This document shows, in pieces, positions 8,957-18,504 of a stretch of 64,000 nucleotides of DNA. Where the stretch lies: contig JAPPCZ010000055.1 in NCBI GenBank assembly GCA_028824685.1, forward strand, positions 4,673 to 68,672. Direction: 5' to 3'. Position 1 is the stretch's first letter, and each line of letters begins with the position of its first letter. This stretch comes from Candidatus Poribacteria bacterium (lineage in GTDB: Bacteria; Poribacteria; WGA-4E; WGA-3G). A program made the position numbers and the translations under genes. The notes under the pieces are model-generated. The model did not search any database and was not told the DNA's origin. It was given only the letters and a program-made list of their open reading frames with translations.

Positions 8957-10117
8957 ATGCAACGTATTTACCTTGATTACAATGCCACAACCCCACTACG
9001 CCCTGAAGTCCGAGATGCGATGATGCCGTTTCTGACAGAGGCATTCGGTAATGGCTCCAGCATTCACGCTTATGGGCGTGAAGCACGCAACGCAATTGAT
9101 ACAGCGCGTGAACAGGTAGCAGAACTCATCGGTGCTAAAAGTCCCAGTGAAATTGTGTTTACCGGAAGTGGCACCGAAGCAGATAACCACGCGATTAAAG
9201 GACTAACCGAGCTGCAAAAGAGTCGGGGAGAAGGAAATCACATCATCACTTCGTCAGTGGAACATCACGCTGTTTTGCATACCTGCCAATATCTGGAGCA
9301 GCGCGGTTTTGAGGTAACATATCTTCCGGTAGATAGATACGGGCGGATTCAAATTGAGCAACTCAGTTCTGCTATTCGCGATAGCACAATTCTGATTTCT
9401 ATTATGCATGTCAACAACGAAAACGGTACTATCCAACCGCTGGAAGAAATTTGTCAGGTAGGACAAGAACACGAAATTCCCGTGCATACCGATGCTGTGC
9501 AATCAATTGGTAAATTGGACGTTAATGTGCAGGGACTTGGTGTTAACCTATTGACTCTTTCTGGACACAAAATATATGCGCCAAAAGGTATTGGCGTATT
9601 ATACATCCGCCGTGGTGCTCGTTTAGCAAACCTTGTTCACGGGGGTTCACATGAACGCAATAGACGTGCGGGGTCTGAAAATGTACCTGCTATCGTTGGA
9701 GTTGGCGTTGCAGCAGAACTTGCAAAACGAGAACGTGACGTATACGCTAAACACTTGAACAAATTAACCCATCGGTTACGCGAAGGGCTTGACACACACA
9801 TTGAGCGATTGCACTACAATGGACATCCCGAATACTGCGCCCCTGGTACACTTAACGTCTCTTTTGAGGCAGTGGAAGGTGAAAGTCTTATCTTGCGACT
9901 GGATATGGAAGGAATTTGTGTGTCAACAGGGTCCGCGTGTACGTCAGGGTCTATGGAACCGTCACATGTGCTTGCTGCCCTTGGATTACCTCCCAGATTA
10001 GCACAAGGTACAGTTAGATTTTCGCTCGGAAGAAATACGACTGAAGAAGAAATAGATACTGTAATCGCTAAACTACCTAAAGTGATAAAACAGATGCGGA
10101 CGTTGTATAGAAGTTGA
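8957..10117 (+). CDS. Cysteine desulfurase, NifS/IscS family (PLP-dependent class V aminotransferase)
   Basis: LDYNATTP N-terminus, SSVEHHAVL, HTDAVQSIGK (PLP lysine region), LTLSGHKIYAPKGIGVLY, and SGSACTSGS active-site Cys loop near the C-terminus. Confidence 0.85.
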   Translation: MQRIYLDYNATTPLRPEVRDAMMPFLTEAFGNGSSIHAYGREARNAIDTAREQVAELIGAKSPSEIVFTGSGTEADNHAIKGLTELQKSRGEGNHIITSSVEHHAVLHTCQYLEQRGFEVTYLPVDRYGRIQIEQLSSAIRDSTILISIMHVNNENGTIQPLEEICQVGQEHEIPVHTDAVQSIGKLDVNVQGLGVNLLTLSGHKIYAPKGIGVLYIRRGARLANLVHGGSHERNRRAGSENVPAIVGVGVAAELAKRERDVYAKHLNKLTHRLREGLDTHIERLHYNGHPEYCAPGTLNVSFEAVEGESLILRLDMEGICVSTGSACTSGSMEPSHVLAALGLPPRLAQGTVRFSLGRNTTEEEIDTVIAKLPKVIKQMRTLYRS

Positions 10118-10243
10118 TAGAAACCTATAAACTAAAAGTATTAAACATCGTAATAGATGAATTTCATTGCTACACAAGTTTTTGCATGGTATGATAATTA
10201 TGATAGGATTGCAACTTGGACATACATTATAAAGGAAATTCAG

Positions 10244-10729
10244 ATGAAACCTGCAAACAAATTATCATCTGCAGAAACATATTTTCAGTCAGGAAATAAA
10301 AAGAGTGAGCTGGGTGATTATAAGGGTTCTATAATTGATTATGATTCGGCAATCAATCTAAAACCAGATTTTGCGTATGCATATTACAACCGAGGAAGTG
10401 CAAAAGATAAATTGGGACAGATTTGTGAGGCGGAGTCGGATTTTCAAATCGCTGGCGATTTAGCAAAACAAACTGGCGATGTTGCTCTCAAAATCACAAT
10501 TGAACAACGGCTGCGATTAAGTCGAATTACTTTGAATCCACAGCAGTGTGGTGGACGTCCTTGCATTCGAGGCATGAGAATTCGAGTTACAGATGTCTTG
10601 GGATTGCTTGCAAGCGGACTCTCCTTTAATGAGATTCTTGAAGAGATGCCGGATCTGGAATCTGAAGATATCTTCGCGTGTTTGCAGTTCGCTGCAAATA
10701 AAATGGACGTTCCCATACTTACCGCATGA
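10244..10729 (+). CDS. TPR-repeat plus DUF433 domain protein (putative antitoxin-like component)
   Basis: Start chosen at MKPANK, preceded by the RBS aaggaa; the longer track ORF starts at 10157. TPR-like AYAYYNRGSAKDKLGQ. C-terminal LNPQQCGGRPCIRGMRIRVTDVLGLLASGLSFNEILEEMPDLESEDIFACLQFAA matches DUF433. Confidence 0.55.
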   Translation: MKPANKLSSAETYFQSGNKKSELGDYKGSIIDYDSAINLKPDFAYAYYNRGSAKDKLGQICEAESDFQIAGDLAKQTGDVALKITIEQRLRLSRITLNPQQCGGRPCIRGMRIRVTDVLGLLASGLSFNEILEEMPDLESEDIFACLQFAANKMDVPILTA

Positions 10730-11067
10730 AGTTTTGGATTGATGCCCAACTTTCACCAGCACTTGCACCTTGGATCAGTGACACTTTTGCTATTGAAGCA
10801 TTCTCTGTTCAACGGCTTGGGCTACGAAACGCAAGTGATGAAGAAATCTTCTTTGCCGCACGGACCGAAAAGGTAGTTGTGTTAACAAAGGATAGTGATT
10901 TTCTCAATTTATTACAACGATTTGGACCCCCACCGCAGATTGTTTGGATTACATGCGGCAATATTCCAAATGCTGTTATGCGCGAAATTCTGCACCAACA
11001 CCTCCCAAATGTCATTTCGCGTTTACAAACTGGTACTTCCTATATACAAATCCCTGAATTCACATAA
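10726..11067 (+). CDS. DUF5615 (PIN-like) domain protein, putative toxin partner of the DUF433 protein
   Basis: Overlaps the upstream gene by 4 nt (ATGA). 113 aa: MKFWIDAQLSPALAPWI...VVVLTKDSDF is typical of DUF5615, which is genomically paired with DUF433. Confidence 0.5.
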   Translation: MKFWIDAQLSPALAPWISDTFAIEAFSVQRLGLRNASDEEIFFAARTEKVVVLTKDSDFLNLLQRFGPPPQIVWITCGNIPNAVMREILHQHLPNVISRLQTGTSYIQIPEFT

Positions 11068-11082
11068 CCAGCACTAACACCA

Positions 11083-13785
11083 CTATACTTTCTTTGGATT
11101 CCAGAATGCACTGATTATAGCGGTAATCGGAATTGCTAATACCAAACCGAGTGTGCCCGCAAGCAATCGCACGATCTCTGCAGATATTACTCCAATACTT
11201 AGTAACTGTACTGTAGGCTCTTTAAAGAATTCAAGCTGTACTGCTGGCTCTTTAAAAAGGAATTCAAGAAGGAATTCAAGATTTGGTGCTGCTATCGCTA
11301 TCACTAACAACAACTCTGCACCGAGATAGGCAAATACTAACGTATTTATCATTGTTCCCAGAATATCCGTACCAACATTGAGACCAGAAGCAATCAATCG
11401 CCATGTCGGCATATTTGGATTTGCTCGCCGAATCTCCTCCATACTTGATGCCACCTCAATCGCACCGTCAACGGCTACACCTAATACTCCCATCAACATT
11501 CCTGCCAACAGAATTTGCACAAAATCAAAAGGTGGTGTTCGGGTCGCCTCAACAATATCTGCAGCAATTGCACTCTCTAACCCAGTAAAATGTAACTGCT
11601 TTTGTGCAAACAAGACAATCAGACCTGCAACAAGGATGCCACCCATTGTTCCCAACACAGCGGAATAGGTTTTCCGACTCGGACCAATCACAAACACTAA
11701 CGACACAAAAGCGACTACCCCTGAAGTTAATGTTACAACGAGAACCGCGTTCATGCCCTGTGAGATTAACGGTAGCATAAAGAAGTAGATGACCGCACCA
11801 GAAATCAGCATTGCACAAACCGTACGGATGCCTTCTATTCTACCGACAAGAATAATTAGTAGAAACATCCCACCAACAAACCAAATAAGATATTTATCGC
11901 GCGCATATTCTTGCACAATGTTTACAAGACTAATCTGTTTAGAGTCACCACCAATCTTACAAAGTACAATATCCCCTGGCTCCGCAGGAATACTTAACAA
12001 CGGCATGCTGTGGTTCACAATATTTCGTAACACTAAATGTTCGCCTTTATACATACCACTAAGCATTTTAACTTCAAGTACGTGGTGTTCCGTTTCCGAA
12101 TCATATACATTAAGACTGTCTGTTCCATCTTGTGCAGTGCGAATGCTGTAAGTCTGTTCGTACTCTGCATCGGAAATCAGCCAACGACTGTCTTTCCACG
12201 GTTTTATTGAGATAGTCACATCATCAGATAAATTGATTCTATTGTTAACAAATGTCTCTCGTAATGCCGAAGGCACAATTCTCTTGTCTAAATCAGTTGT
12301 ATTAGTTCCATCAATAGTAAACAGAAGATTCCCAGTTGATTCAAGCAATCGGATTACCTTACCCTTCGCATACTCCGATTTGTCAGTAAGTTGTCCTTGT
12401 TCGTCCTTGTATTCCAAAATTGTAGCAGAGAGCCCGCTTGTGCGATAGTAAACAAACGTTGTCCCGATCAACACAAAAATCAATGCAATTGGTACTGCAA
12501 CTCGACTGGAAAAAACTCGATATCTGCCATGTGCTGTTTCACCACCGAATAATTCTTCTAACTCCTCCTCCGTAGGTAAATTTTCGTGTATTTCTGATCG
12601 CTTTACCCTTGTATATTTTGTAAGGAAACCTGCAACTGTGGCAGCAATCGGAACGGTAAGAACAAGTCCAATAGTTCCGACAACCGCCTGAATAATAGCA
12701 ACAGTTGTCGCCTCTTCATTGACCAATCGCAGAAACGGATATAAGAAACCTGCTTCAGGAAAATCGATGCGTGGCAGCAACATCGTGATCATGTGTGCAC
12801 CGAGATAGGCGAAAATGAGTGTATCTGCCATCGTCCCCATAATATCTCGTCCGACATTCAAACCTGCTTGTATCGATTGTCGGACGCTTATATTCGGATT
12901 TACCTGTTTAACCTCATGCACACTTGAGGAGATGGACATGCTAACATCCATCATTGCACCGACTGCTCCCAAAATGATTCCAGCTGACAGGATGCCAGTG
13001 AAATTCCAATGGTGTGAACCTGGTGTGCGCCAGAGTGAAATGCCGAGTTCCAGAAAACCGAATTCCTGTGCTAAACCTGTCAACGCCATCAGATGTTGGC
13101 TGATGATAGATAGAACAGCAACTGCTGTTAAACCTCCGAGTGTTCCAATTACTCCAGATATAACTTTGAAACTAAATCCTGTGATGAGTAGGAAGGTCAC
13201 TAATGTAAGAAATGAAGCGATCAACAACGCCACTGCAATCGGATTGTAACCTCTGATAGTCAATGGAACAAGGAGATAAAGTATAGAAAGCGCAGTAACA
13301 AACAGTGTCAAAATTGCTCGGACACCCTTCATTCCTGCAACAAGTATCATCAAAATCCCTAACGTTCCAGCAAGATAAAGCAGAAATGGGGTGCGAAAAT
13401 AATGACCCATGGAAACAGTGTTGATTTTCGGATTGTTGGGATCTCGGATCGGAATGTCCAGAAAAAGCACATCGCCTTTGCTCAACACACGGTCGCTGAA
13501 AGCACGTCCGATCCAGATATTATCTACTTGGACTGTTTCGCCACGAAACTGTCCTGAAAGAATTCTAAAAGTCAGTATTTGGTCTGCCTCATCACTTGTA
13601 TCTATGTTAATTACCCGTCCTAAGCATACCAGAACCTGCAACTCACCATCTTTTGTGATCTCAGCGAAACGATAAAGTTTCACATGTAAAAAGGCAACGC
13701 AAAATAGAATAAGTAAAATACCGATAAATTTGATGTGTGTTTCGCGCATATTCTCACTCAAAGTTTTTGTGTGATCTAATATCAA
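11083..13785 (-). CDS. Fused tandem YibE/F-like integral membrane protein (900 aa)
   Basis: Two homologous halves. Each has an N-terminal TM helix, a soluble domain (GELQVLVCLGRV..FRGETVQVDNIW / DGTDSLNVYDSE..MYKGEHLVLRN) and a polytopic domain with the YibE/F-like pattern (GxLxAGxxLGAVGAxMDVSMSIxSS / AGMLMGVLGVAVDGAIEVASSM, NVGRDIMGTMADTLIFAYLGA / NVGTDILGTMINTLVFAYLGA). Confidence 0.5.
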   Translation of the reverse strand: MILDHTKTLSENMRETHIKFIGILLILFCVAFLHVKLYRFAEITKDGELQVLVCLGRVINIDTSDEADQILTFRILSGQFRGETVQVDNIWIGRAFSDRVLSKGDVLFLDIPIRDPNNPKINTVSMGHYFRTPFLLYLAGTLGILMILVAGMKGVRAILTLFVTALSILYLLVPLTIRGYNPIAVALLIASFLTLVTFLLITGFSFKVISGVIGTLGGLTAVAVLSIISQHLMALTGLAQEFGFLELGISLWRTPGSHHWNFTGILSAGIILGAVGAMMDVSMSISSSVHEVKQVNPNISVRQSIQAGLNVGRDIMGTMADTLIFAYLGAHMITMLLPRIDFPEAGFLYPFLRLVNEEATTVAIIQAVVGTIGLVLTVPIAATVAGFLTKYTRVKRSEIHENLPTEEELEELFGGETAHGRYRVFSSRVAVPIALIFVLIGTTFVYYRTSGLSATILEYKDEQGQLTDKSEYAKGKVIRLLESTGNLLFTIDGTNTTDLDKRIVPSALRETFVNNRINLSDDVTISIKPWKDSRWLISDAEYEQTYSIRTAQDGTDSLNVYDSETEHHVLEVKMLSGMYKGEHLVLRNIVNHSMPLLSIPAEPGDIVLCKIGGDSKQISLVNIVQEYARDKYLIWFVGGMFLLIILVGRIEGIRTVCAMLISGAVIYFFMLPLISQGMNAVLVVTLTSGVVAFVSLVFVIGPSRKTYSAVLGTMGGILVAGLIVLFAQKQLHFTGLESAIAADIVEATRTPPFDFVQILLAGMLMGVLGVAVDGAIEVASSMEEIRRANPNMPTWRLIASGLNVGTDILGTMINTLVFAYLGAELLLVIAIAAPNLEFLLEFLFKEPAVQLEFFKEPTVQLLSIGVISAEIVRLLAGTLGLVLAIPITAIISAFWNPKKV

Positions 13786-13913
13786 TTCTGAATAATGGTA
13801 TTACACTATTTCATACTATAGTTTGGACAATTCTTGTCTCGTGGATGTTGAGTTTTAACGGAAAATCTATTTTTCTACGAGTTCGCATATCAATGAAACA
13901 CAGCGAAAATACC

Positions 13914-14054
13914 GCACTCCAGCGGAGTGCTATGTGTCGGAAATCACATACCGCTCCGCCAAATCAACGGTATGAATGCCATTTAGGCATTCCCCGGAGC
14001 GGATATGTCGGTTCATATTGTGACTATAAACATATTGCTCCGCTGGAGCAAAGA
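13914..14054. repeat. Dispersed repeat family 2 (gcactccagcggagtgctatgtg ... cacataccgctccgc ... ctataaacatattgctccgctggagcaaaga), copy 1
   Basis: Near-identical shorter copy at 50788-50893. Internal inverted repeats (ctccagcggag / ctccgctggag) suggest a MITE-like foldback element. Confidence 0.65.
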
Positions 14055-14192
14055 AAGTTTCCATTTTGTCTGTCGTGTGTTGATTTAGCAACATAAATCG
14101 TGAACTAATTTTTAAAATCAACTCACGTATGAAGAAATTGTCCAAACTATAGTATTTCATAAATCGGTTAGAAAAATGCAATACTTTCTTTT

Positions 14193-14234
14193 GTAGGAGC
14201 GACCTCCTGGTAGCGACCGGGAGGTCGCTCCTAC
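14193..14234. repeat. Palindromic dispersed repeat family 1, copy B (variant tgtaggagcgacctcc ... ggaggtcgctcctaca)
   Basis: Perfect 16-bp inverted arms around a 10-nt centre. Shares the tgtaggagcga / tcctaca termini with copies at 4858, 28070, 31898 and 32051. Confidence 0.7.
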
Positions 14235-14449
14235 AGAGAAACTCAAAATCGGAATGACACTTTGCCAATTAGAAATGGTATAATGAGAATTCTAAGCAAA
14301 TTATATGCCAATACAAAAATATCGTGCTTCCGAGAAAACGCACTTAAGCACTCACTACAGTTGCACGATAAGGGGCAGAACAAATTAAAAAGCACAAATT
14401 CGGGCAGCTTTATCAGATTAGAACAGAATAAGGTATCAGATTTATAATT

Positions 14450-16321
14450 TCAGAGATGTTTTCGGATATTTTCGGCGACGCTACGAGGAATCCCTTTCAC
14501 AGAGAGAAGTTTATCTAAACTTGCTTGTCTAATTGCATCAATCGAACCAAATTTTTGCAGTAAAACTTGTTTCCGCTTCGGGCCAATATTTGGAATTTCG
14601 TCAAGGACAGATTCACTCAGAGCTTTCTGTCGTAGTTTTCGATGATATGTAATTGCAAACCGGTGTGCTTCATCCCGTAAACGTTGAATTAAGTGTAAAG
14701 TAGGATTATCTTCTCGTAACACAATTGGGTCAGGATTTCCCGGAACGAAAATTTCCTCAATCCGTTTTGCCAATGCAATCATCGGAATCTGTGTGGGAAC
14801 AGGATTCAAATTCACTTCAGCAAATGGTTGAAGTGCAGCTTGTGCAGCACTGAGTTGTCCCTTGCCACCATCAATCAACATTAAGTCCGGTAATTTACTA
14901 AATTTCTTATCTCCTGTTTCAGCACGCCGAAAGCGCCGTGTAATCACCTCTTGCATCATTGCGTAATCGTTCTGCCCAACAACATCTCGAATCCGAAACT
15001 GACGATATTCACTTGAAGCCGGTTTGCCATCTTCTAAAACTACCATAGAACCAACAGCATATCTATCGCCGAGATTAGAAATATCATACGCCTCAATCCG
15101 TCTGAGCGGACGATTGATTTCAAGGAGTTCCTGTAGTTCTACCAGTGCCGGGTCCACATCGCTGCTATAAACTACGCTTTGTTCGCGCTGTATCAGAAGT
15201 ACTTCAGCATTTTTCATTGCCAAATTTTGCAGTCGTCTGAGTCTCCCTGCCCGTGGCACGTGCAAAGAGACATGGTTTCCACGTTTCTCGCTAAGCCACT
15301 TTTCAATCAGTTCCACCGATTCAATTGGCATTGGTAATGCAATCGTTTTTGGCACCAAAACAGCATTTTGATAATATTGAGAGACGAATGCACTGATAGC
15401 AGTCGGTATTAATTCTGGATGTACATCATTCAAATAATAATGCTCACGTTCCAAGAGTTTTCCATCTCGAATGTGCAACACTTGTACACAGGCAATATCT
15501 CCAAGACGACTTTGCACACCATGCTGAAAAGCGGTTGCAATACCGATAACATCTTCATCCACAGTTGAAACATTGTCAAGGCTCTGTTGGGTAGTGACTG
15601 CCTGTTGGACATCCTTAAGCATATCTCGATACTTTGCAGCTGTCTCAAAATCTAATGCTTTTGATGCGGCTTCCATCTGCTGATGCAACTCTTTTACAAC
15701 AGCATTAGTATTGCCACCTAAGAACTGGCATACTTTACGAACAATCTTTTTATAATCCTGAACGCTTATCTTATTCGCACAAGGCGCGGGACATCTACCA
15801 ATGTGGTAATCGAGACATGCGCGGTATTTATTTCCCGTTTCTACAAGCGGTAATGTACAGGTGCGAATGGGGAATAATTTTGTCAACTGTTTAACTACCT
15901 GTCGAGTGGAACGAACGCGGACAAAAGGGCCGAAATAGCGCGTCCCGTCATTTTCTGTTTTGCGCGTAATCATAATGCGCGGAAAGGGTTCATTCGTTGT
16001 TACTCGCAGAAACGGATAGCGTTTATCATCTTTTAGTTTTACGTTGTATCGTGGTTGATGTGCTTTAATTAGATTATTTTCCAGAATCAGTGCTTCTATC
16101 TCAGTACTCGTGACGATATAATCTACCTCTGTCACATACCGCATCATCTGTGCTGTGAGAGGGTTTTCAGTGAGTCCACTTTGCTGAAAATAGGAGCGCA
16201 CACGGTTCCGCAGGTTTACTGCCTTACCGATGTAAATAGGGGAGCCATCGGAGGCTTTCATCAGATAAACGCCAGGTGCCCCTGGGAGAGATTGCCACAT
16301 TTTCGGTTGGTTTTCCTTCAT
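14450..16321 (-). CDS. uvrC: Excinuclease ABC subunit C
   Basis: GIY-YIG N-terminus (GVYLMKASDGSPIYIGKAVNLRNRVRSYF), UvrBC-interaction region, and C-terminal RNaseH-like plus HhH (LDEIPNIGPKRKQVLLQKFGSIDAIRQASLDKLLSVKGIPRSVAENI). Confidence 0.9.
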   Translation of the reverse strand: MKENQPKMWQSLPGAPGVYLMKASDGSPIYIGKAVNLRNRVRSYFQQSGLTENPLTAQMMRYVTEVDYIVTSTEIEALILENNLIKAHQPRYNVKLKDDKRYPFLRVTTNEPFPRIMITRKTENDGTRYFGPFVRVRSTRQVVKQLTKLFPIRTCTLPLVETGNKYRACLDYHIGRCPAPCANKISVQDYKKIVRKVCQFLGGNTNAVVKELHQQMEAASKALDFETAAKYRDMLKDVQQAVTTQQSLDNVSTVDEDVIGIATAFQHGVQSRLGDIACVQVLHIRDGKLLEREHYYLNDVHPELIPTAISAFVSQYYQNAVLVPKTIALPMPIESVELIEKWLSEKRGNHVSLHVPRAGRLRRLQNLAMKNAEVLLIQREQSVVYSSDVDPALVELQELLEINRPLRRIEAYDISNLGDRYAVGSMVVLEDGKPASSEYRQFRIRDVVGQNDYAMMQEVITRRFRRAETGDKKFSKLPDLMLIDGGKGQLSAAQAALQPFAEVNLNPVPTQIPMIALAKRIEEIFVPGNPDPIVLREDNPTLHLIQRLRDEAHRFAITYHRKLRQKALSESVLDEIPNIGPKRKQVLLQKFGSIDAIRQASLDKLLSVKGIPRSVAENIRKHL

Positions 16322-16333
16322 TTCCGACCTACC

Positions 16334-16915
16334 TCAAAACTGAACCTTCGCGTAAATTGCTCGTAAAGCCAATTTACATTCTATTGACGCTATTTGGAAG
16401 ACATCATCAAGTGAACGGAATTCTCTCAAAGTCCAGTTTCCATTTTGACGTATATACTGTTCAACATGCACACCACTCTGCGAAACAAGGATATATTCTT
16501 GTAGAGATTCAAGGGTCTGGTAGGACAAAAACTTGTCATGCCGATCATAATCTTCGGTTGATGGCGAAAGCACCTCTACGATGACAGTTGGATTGAGAAG
16601 TGTATCAACGTGGTTGTCTTCAAAGCACGGTTCATCACATACAACGACAACATCCGGATATGTGTATAAACCGCTATCGCTAACCTTCACACGCATATCG
16701 TTGGTATAAACTTCACATGTCCTATCCAGAAATTGTATAAAGATGTGACCAAATATATTTCCTGATATTAGGTTATGCGGGCGACTTGCACCAGGCATTG
16801 CGACAATCTGTCCGTTCCGATACTCACTTTTGAATTCTGCTTTTCGTTCTTTCACAAGATATTCTTCTGGTGTAATAAGAGTTTTTGCCGCTACAGTTGC
16901 CATTGTTTTCTCCAT
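16334..16915 (-). CDS. Uma2-family (DUF820) putative restriction-endonuclease-like protein
   Basis: ITPEEYL...ERKAEF..G.IVAMPGAS..H.LI..NI, ...YPDVVVVCD: the typical Uma2 layout with PD-(D/E)xK-like residues. Confidence 0.7.
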   Translation of the reverse strand: MEKTMATVAAKTLITPEEYLVKERKAEFKSEYRNGQIVAMPGASRPHNLISGNIFGHIFIQFLDRTCEVYTNDMRVKVSDSGLYTYPDVVVVCDEPCFEDNHVDTLLNPTVIVEVLSPSTEDYDRHDKFLSYQTLESLQEYILVSQSGVHVEQYIRQNGNWTLREFRSLDDVFQIASIECKLALRAIYAKVQF

Positions 16916-16918
16916 ATA

Positions 16919-17635
16919 TTATTGCGATTTCTCATAAACCGCCCGATAGATTTTCCTACCTTCTGAACGGTACTTCATTTCAAAGTTTGTAGCGATGTGT
17001 TCGTAACCACTCAGATTCAATGGGACAGATTTTAACGATGTCAAATCTGCAAGCCTTTCTTGGATTTCGCTATAATATTCTGCAAAATCTGTGGCAACAT
17101 ACAATTTTCCACCATCTAACACAAGTGTTCGCGTGATGGCTGAGAGGAATTCCTTATTGCGAAAAATTCTCCGCTTTTGCTGCCGTGCTTTCGGCCACGG
17201 GTCGGGGAAATAGATATGATACGCTTGCACCGATTCATCAGGCACATATCGTGTCAAAAAGTAATTGGCATCAGTCCACGCGAGGCGTACATTCTCAAAC
17301 ATACCCGAATTCCTGTCTATTGAGAAATGCCGCGTGTATTTCCTAAACCTTTCACGTGTGATTTCCACATACTTTTGTGCACGTTCTACACCGATATAGT
17401 TTATTTTCGGAAACTGCTTTGATGCTTCCAACAAAAATCGCCCTTTGCCGGGACCGATCTCAATTTCTACCGGATGTGAATTGCCAAAGAATCTTTGCCA
17501 GTCAATTGGAGATGTTAGATCGTGTAAAGAGACCGCATTATCTTGTACCGCGTGAATTATCTGCGAGTGGGAAGTTGTACATTTATAATAGATGTCGTTG
17601 TAACGAGGTTCCGCGTTCATTCTTCGTTCTGCCAA
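16919..17635 (-). CDS. trmB: tRNA (guanine46-N7)-methyltransferase
   Basis: IEIGPGKGRFLLEASKQFPKINYIGVE SAM motif; HIYFPDPWPKARQQKRRI, the characteristic TrmB motif. Confidence 0.85.
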   Translation of the reverse strand: MAERRMNAEPRYNDIYYKCTTSHSQIIHAVQDNAVSLHDLTSPIDWQRFFGNSHPVEIEIGPGKGRFLLEASKQFPKINYIGVERAQKYVEITRERFRKYTRHFSIDRNSGMFENVRLAWTDANYFLTRYVPDESVQAYHIYFPDPWPKARQQKRRIFRNKEFLSAITRTLVLDGGKLYVATDFAEYYSEIQERLADLTSLKSVPLNLSGYEHIATNFEMKYRSEGRKIYRAVYEKSQ

Positions 17636-18378
17636 AATTTGTGTAGATGTGTCTTAATCAAGTTGTCTTGTGGTTCGTAACCTAACACTTCAACCGCACC
17701 ACTGATGTCAAGAAAACTCTGTTGATGCCCATCTGAATTCGCTGAGCGACCATATGTTATCAGATATTTGACAGGTCCATCGTAATCCACAGCTAACCCG
17801 AATAGTTGCACGCAATCGCGCGGCGTCAGGAGTGTGCTGCAATGTCGGAGTCCGTTCGGTTCATAAGTGCCGTTGAAGCTGCCAATACGGATACTGATAA
17901 ATCGCATACCGTGTGCATCAACAAGGTATCGTCCTGCAATTTCTGCCATGCCTTTCATCGCTCCATACCAACCATCAGGTCTGAATTGATCGCCGGTAGA
18001 GAACTTTGGCGGTGAACTCAATCGCTCATTCCATCCTGACACATGATTTGTGCTAGCGTATACGATTTTTTGAATACCACCTTCACGTGCTGCTTCAAAC
18101 AGATTCATTGACGCACCGATGTCACTGACTTCACATGGATTTTTGCCAAGTGAATCTTGACGGATGTAAGCAAGATGCACTAAAACATCTTGTTCTTGGC
18201 ACAACGCTAGCATCGTAGTATAGTCCCGAATATCAGCTTGTTCCACGCGAGATGCCGATCCCCCAATCGGATTGATGTCCATCAAGGTTAGCGTGTATAA
18301 ATCTTGTTTTTCCCACGCTTGCCAGAGGGTTGAACCCACCGTTCCCGCTGCACCTGTGATAAGTACTCGTTGTTTCAT
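17617..18378 (-). CDS. NAD-dependent epimerase/dehydratase family (short-chain dehydrogenase fold) protein
   Basis: N-terminal Rossmann motif VLITGAAGTVGSTL and the typical atypical-SDR layout. No specific substrate can be called. Confidence 0.55.
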   Translation of the reverse strand: MKQRVLITGAAGTVGSTLWQAWEKQDLYTLTLMDINPIGGSASRVEQADIRDYTTMLALCQEQDVLVHLAYIRQDSLGKNPCEVSDIGASMNLFEAAREGGIQKIVYASTNHVSGWNERLSSPPKFSTGDQFRPDGWYGAMKGMAEIAGRYLVDAHGMRFISIRIGSFNGTYEPNGLRHCSTLLTPRDCVQLFGLAVDYDGPVKYLITYGRSANSDGHQQSFLDISGAVEVLGYEPQDNLIKTHLHKFWQNEE

Positions 18379-18504
18379 CTATTTCTCCAACCCGATAGGG
18401 CAGGACTTATGCGTAAATCTTTTCATAAATTGACGCATAATGTGCTGTTTCAAACCGAACTTACAGCCACGTATTAACATATTTTGGATTTCACTAATTA
18501 GGTA

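Noticed and set aside
11378-13675. Multiple plus-strand ORFs of 60-144 aa inside the YibE/F-like gene region
   Set aside because: All are antisense to a long, motif-supported membrane protein ORF; typical shadow ORFs.
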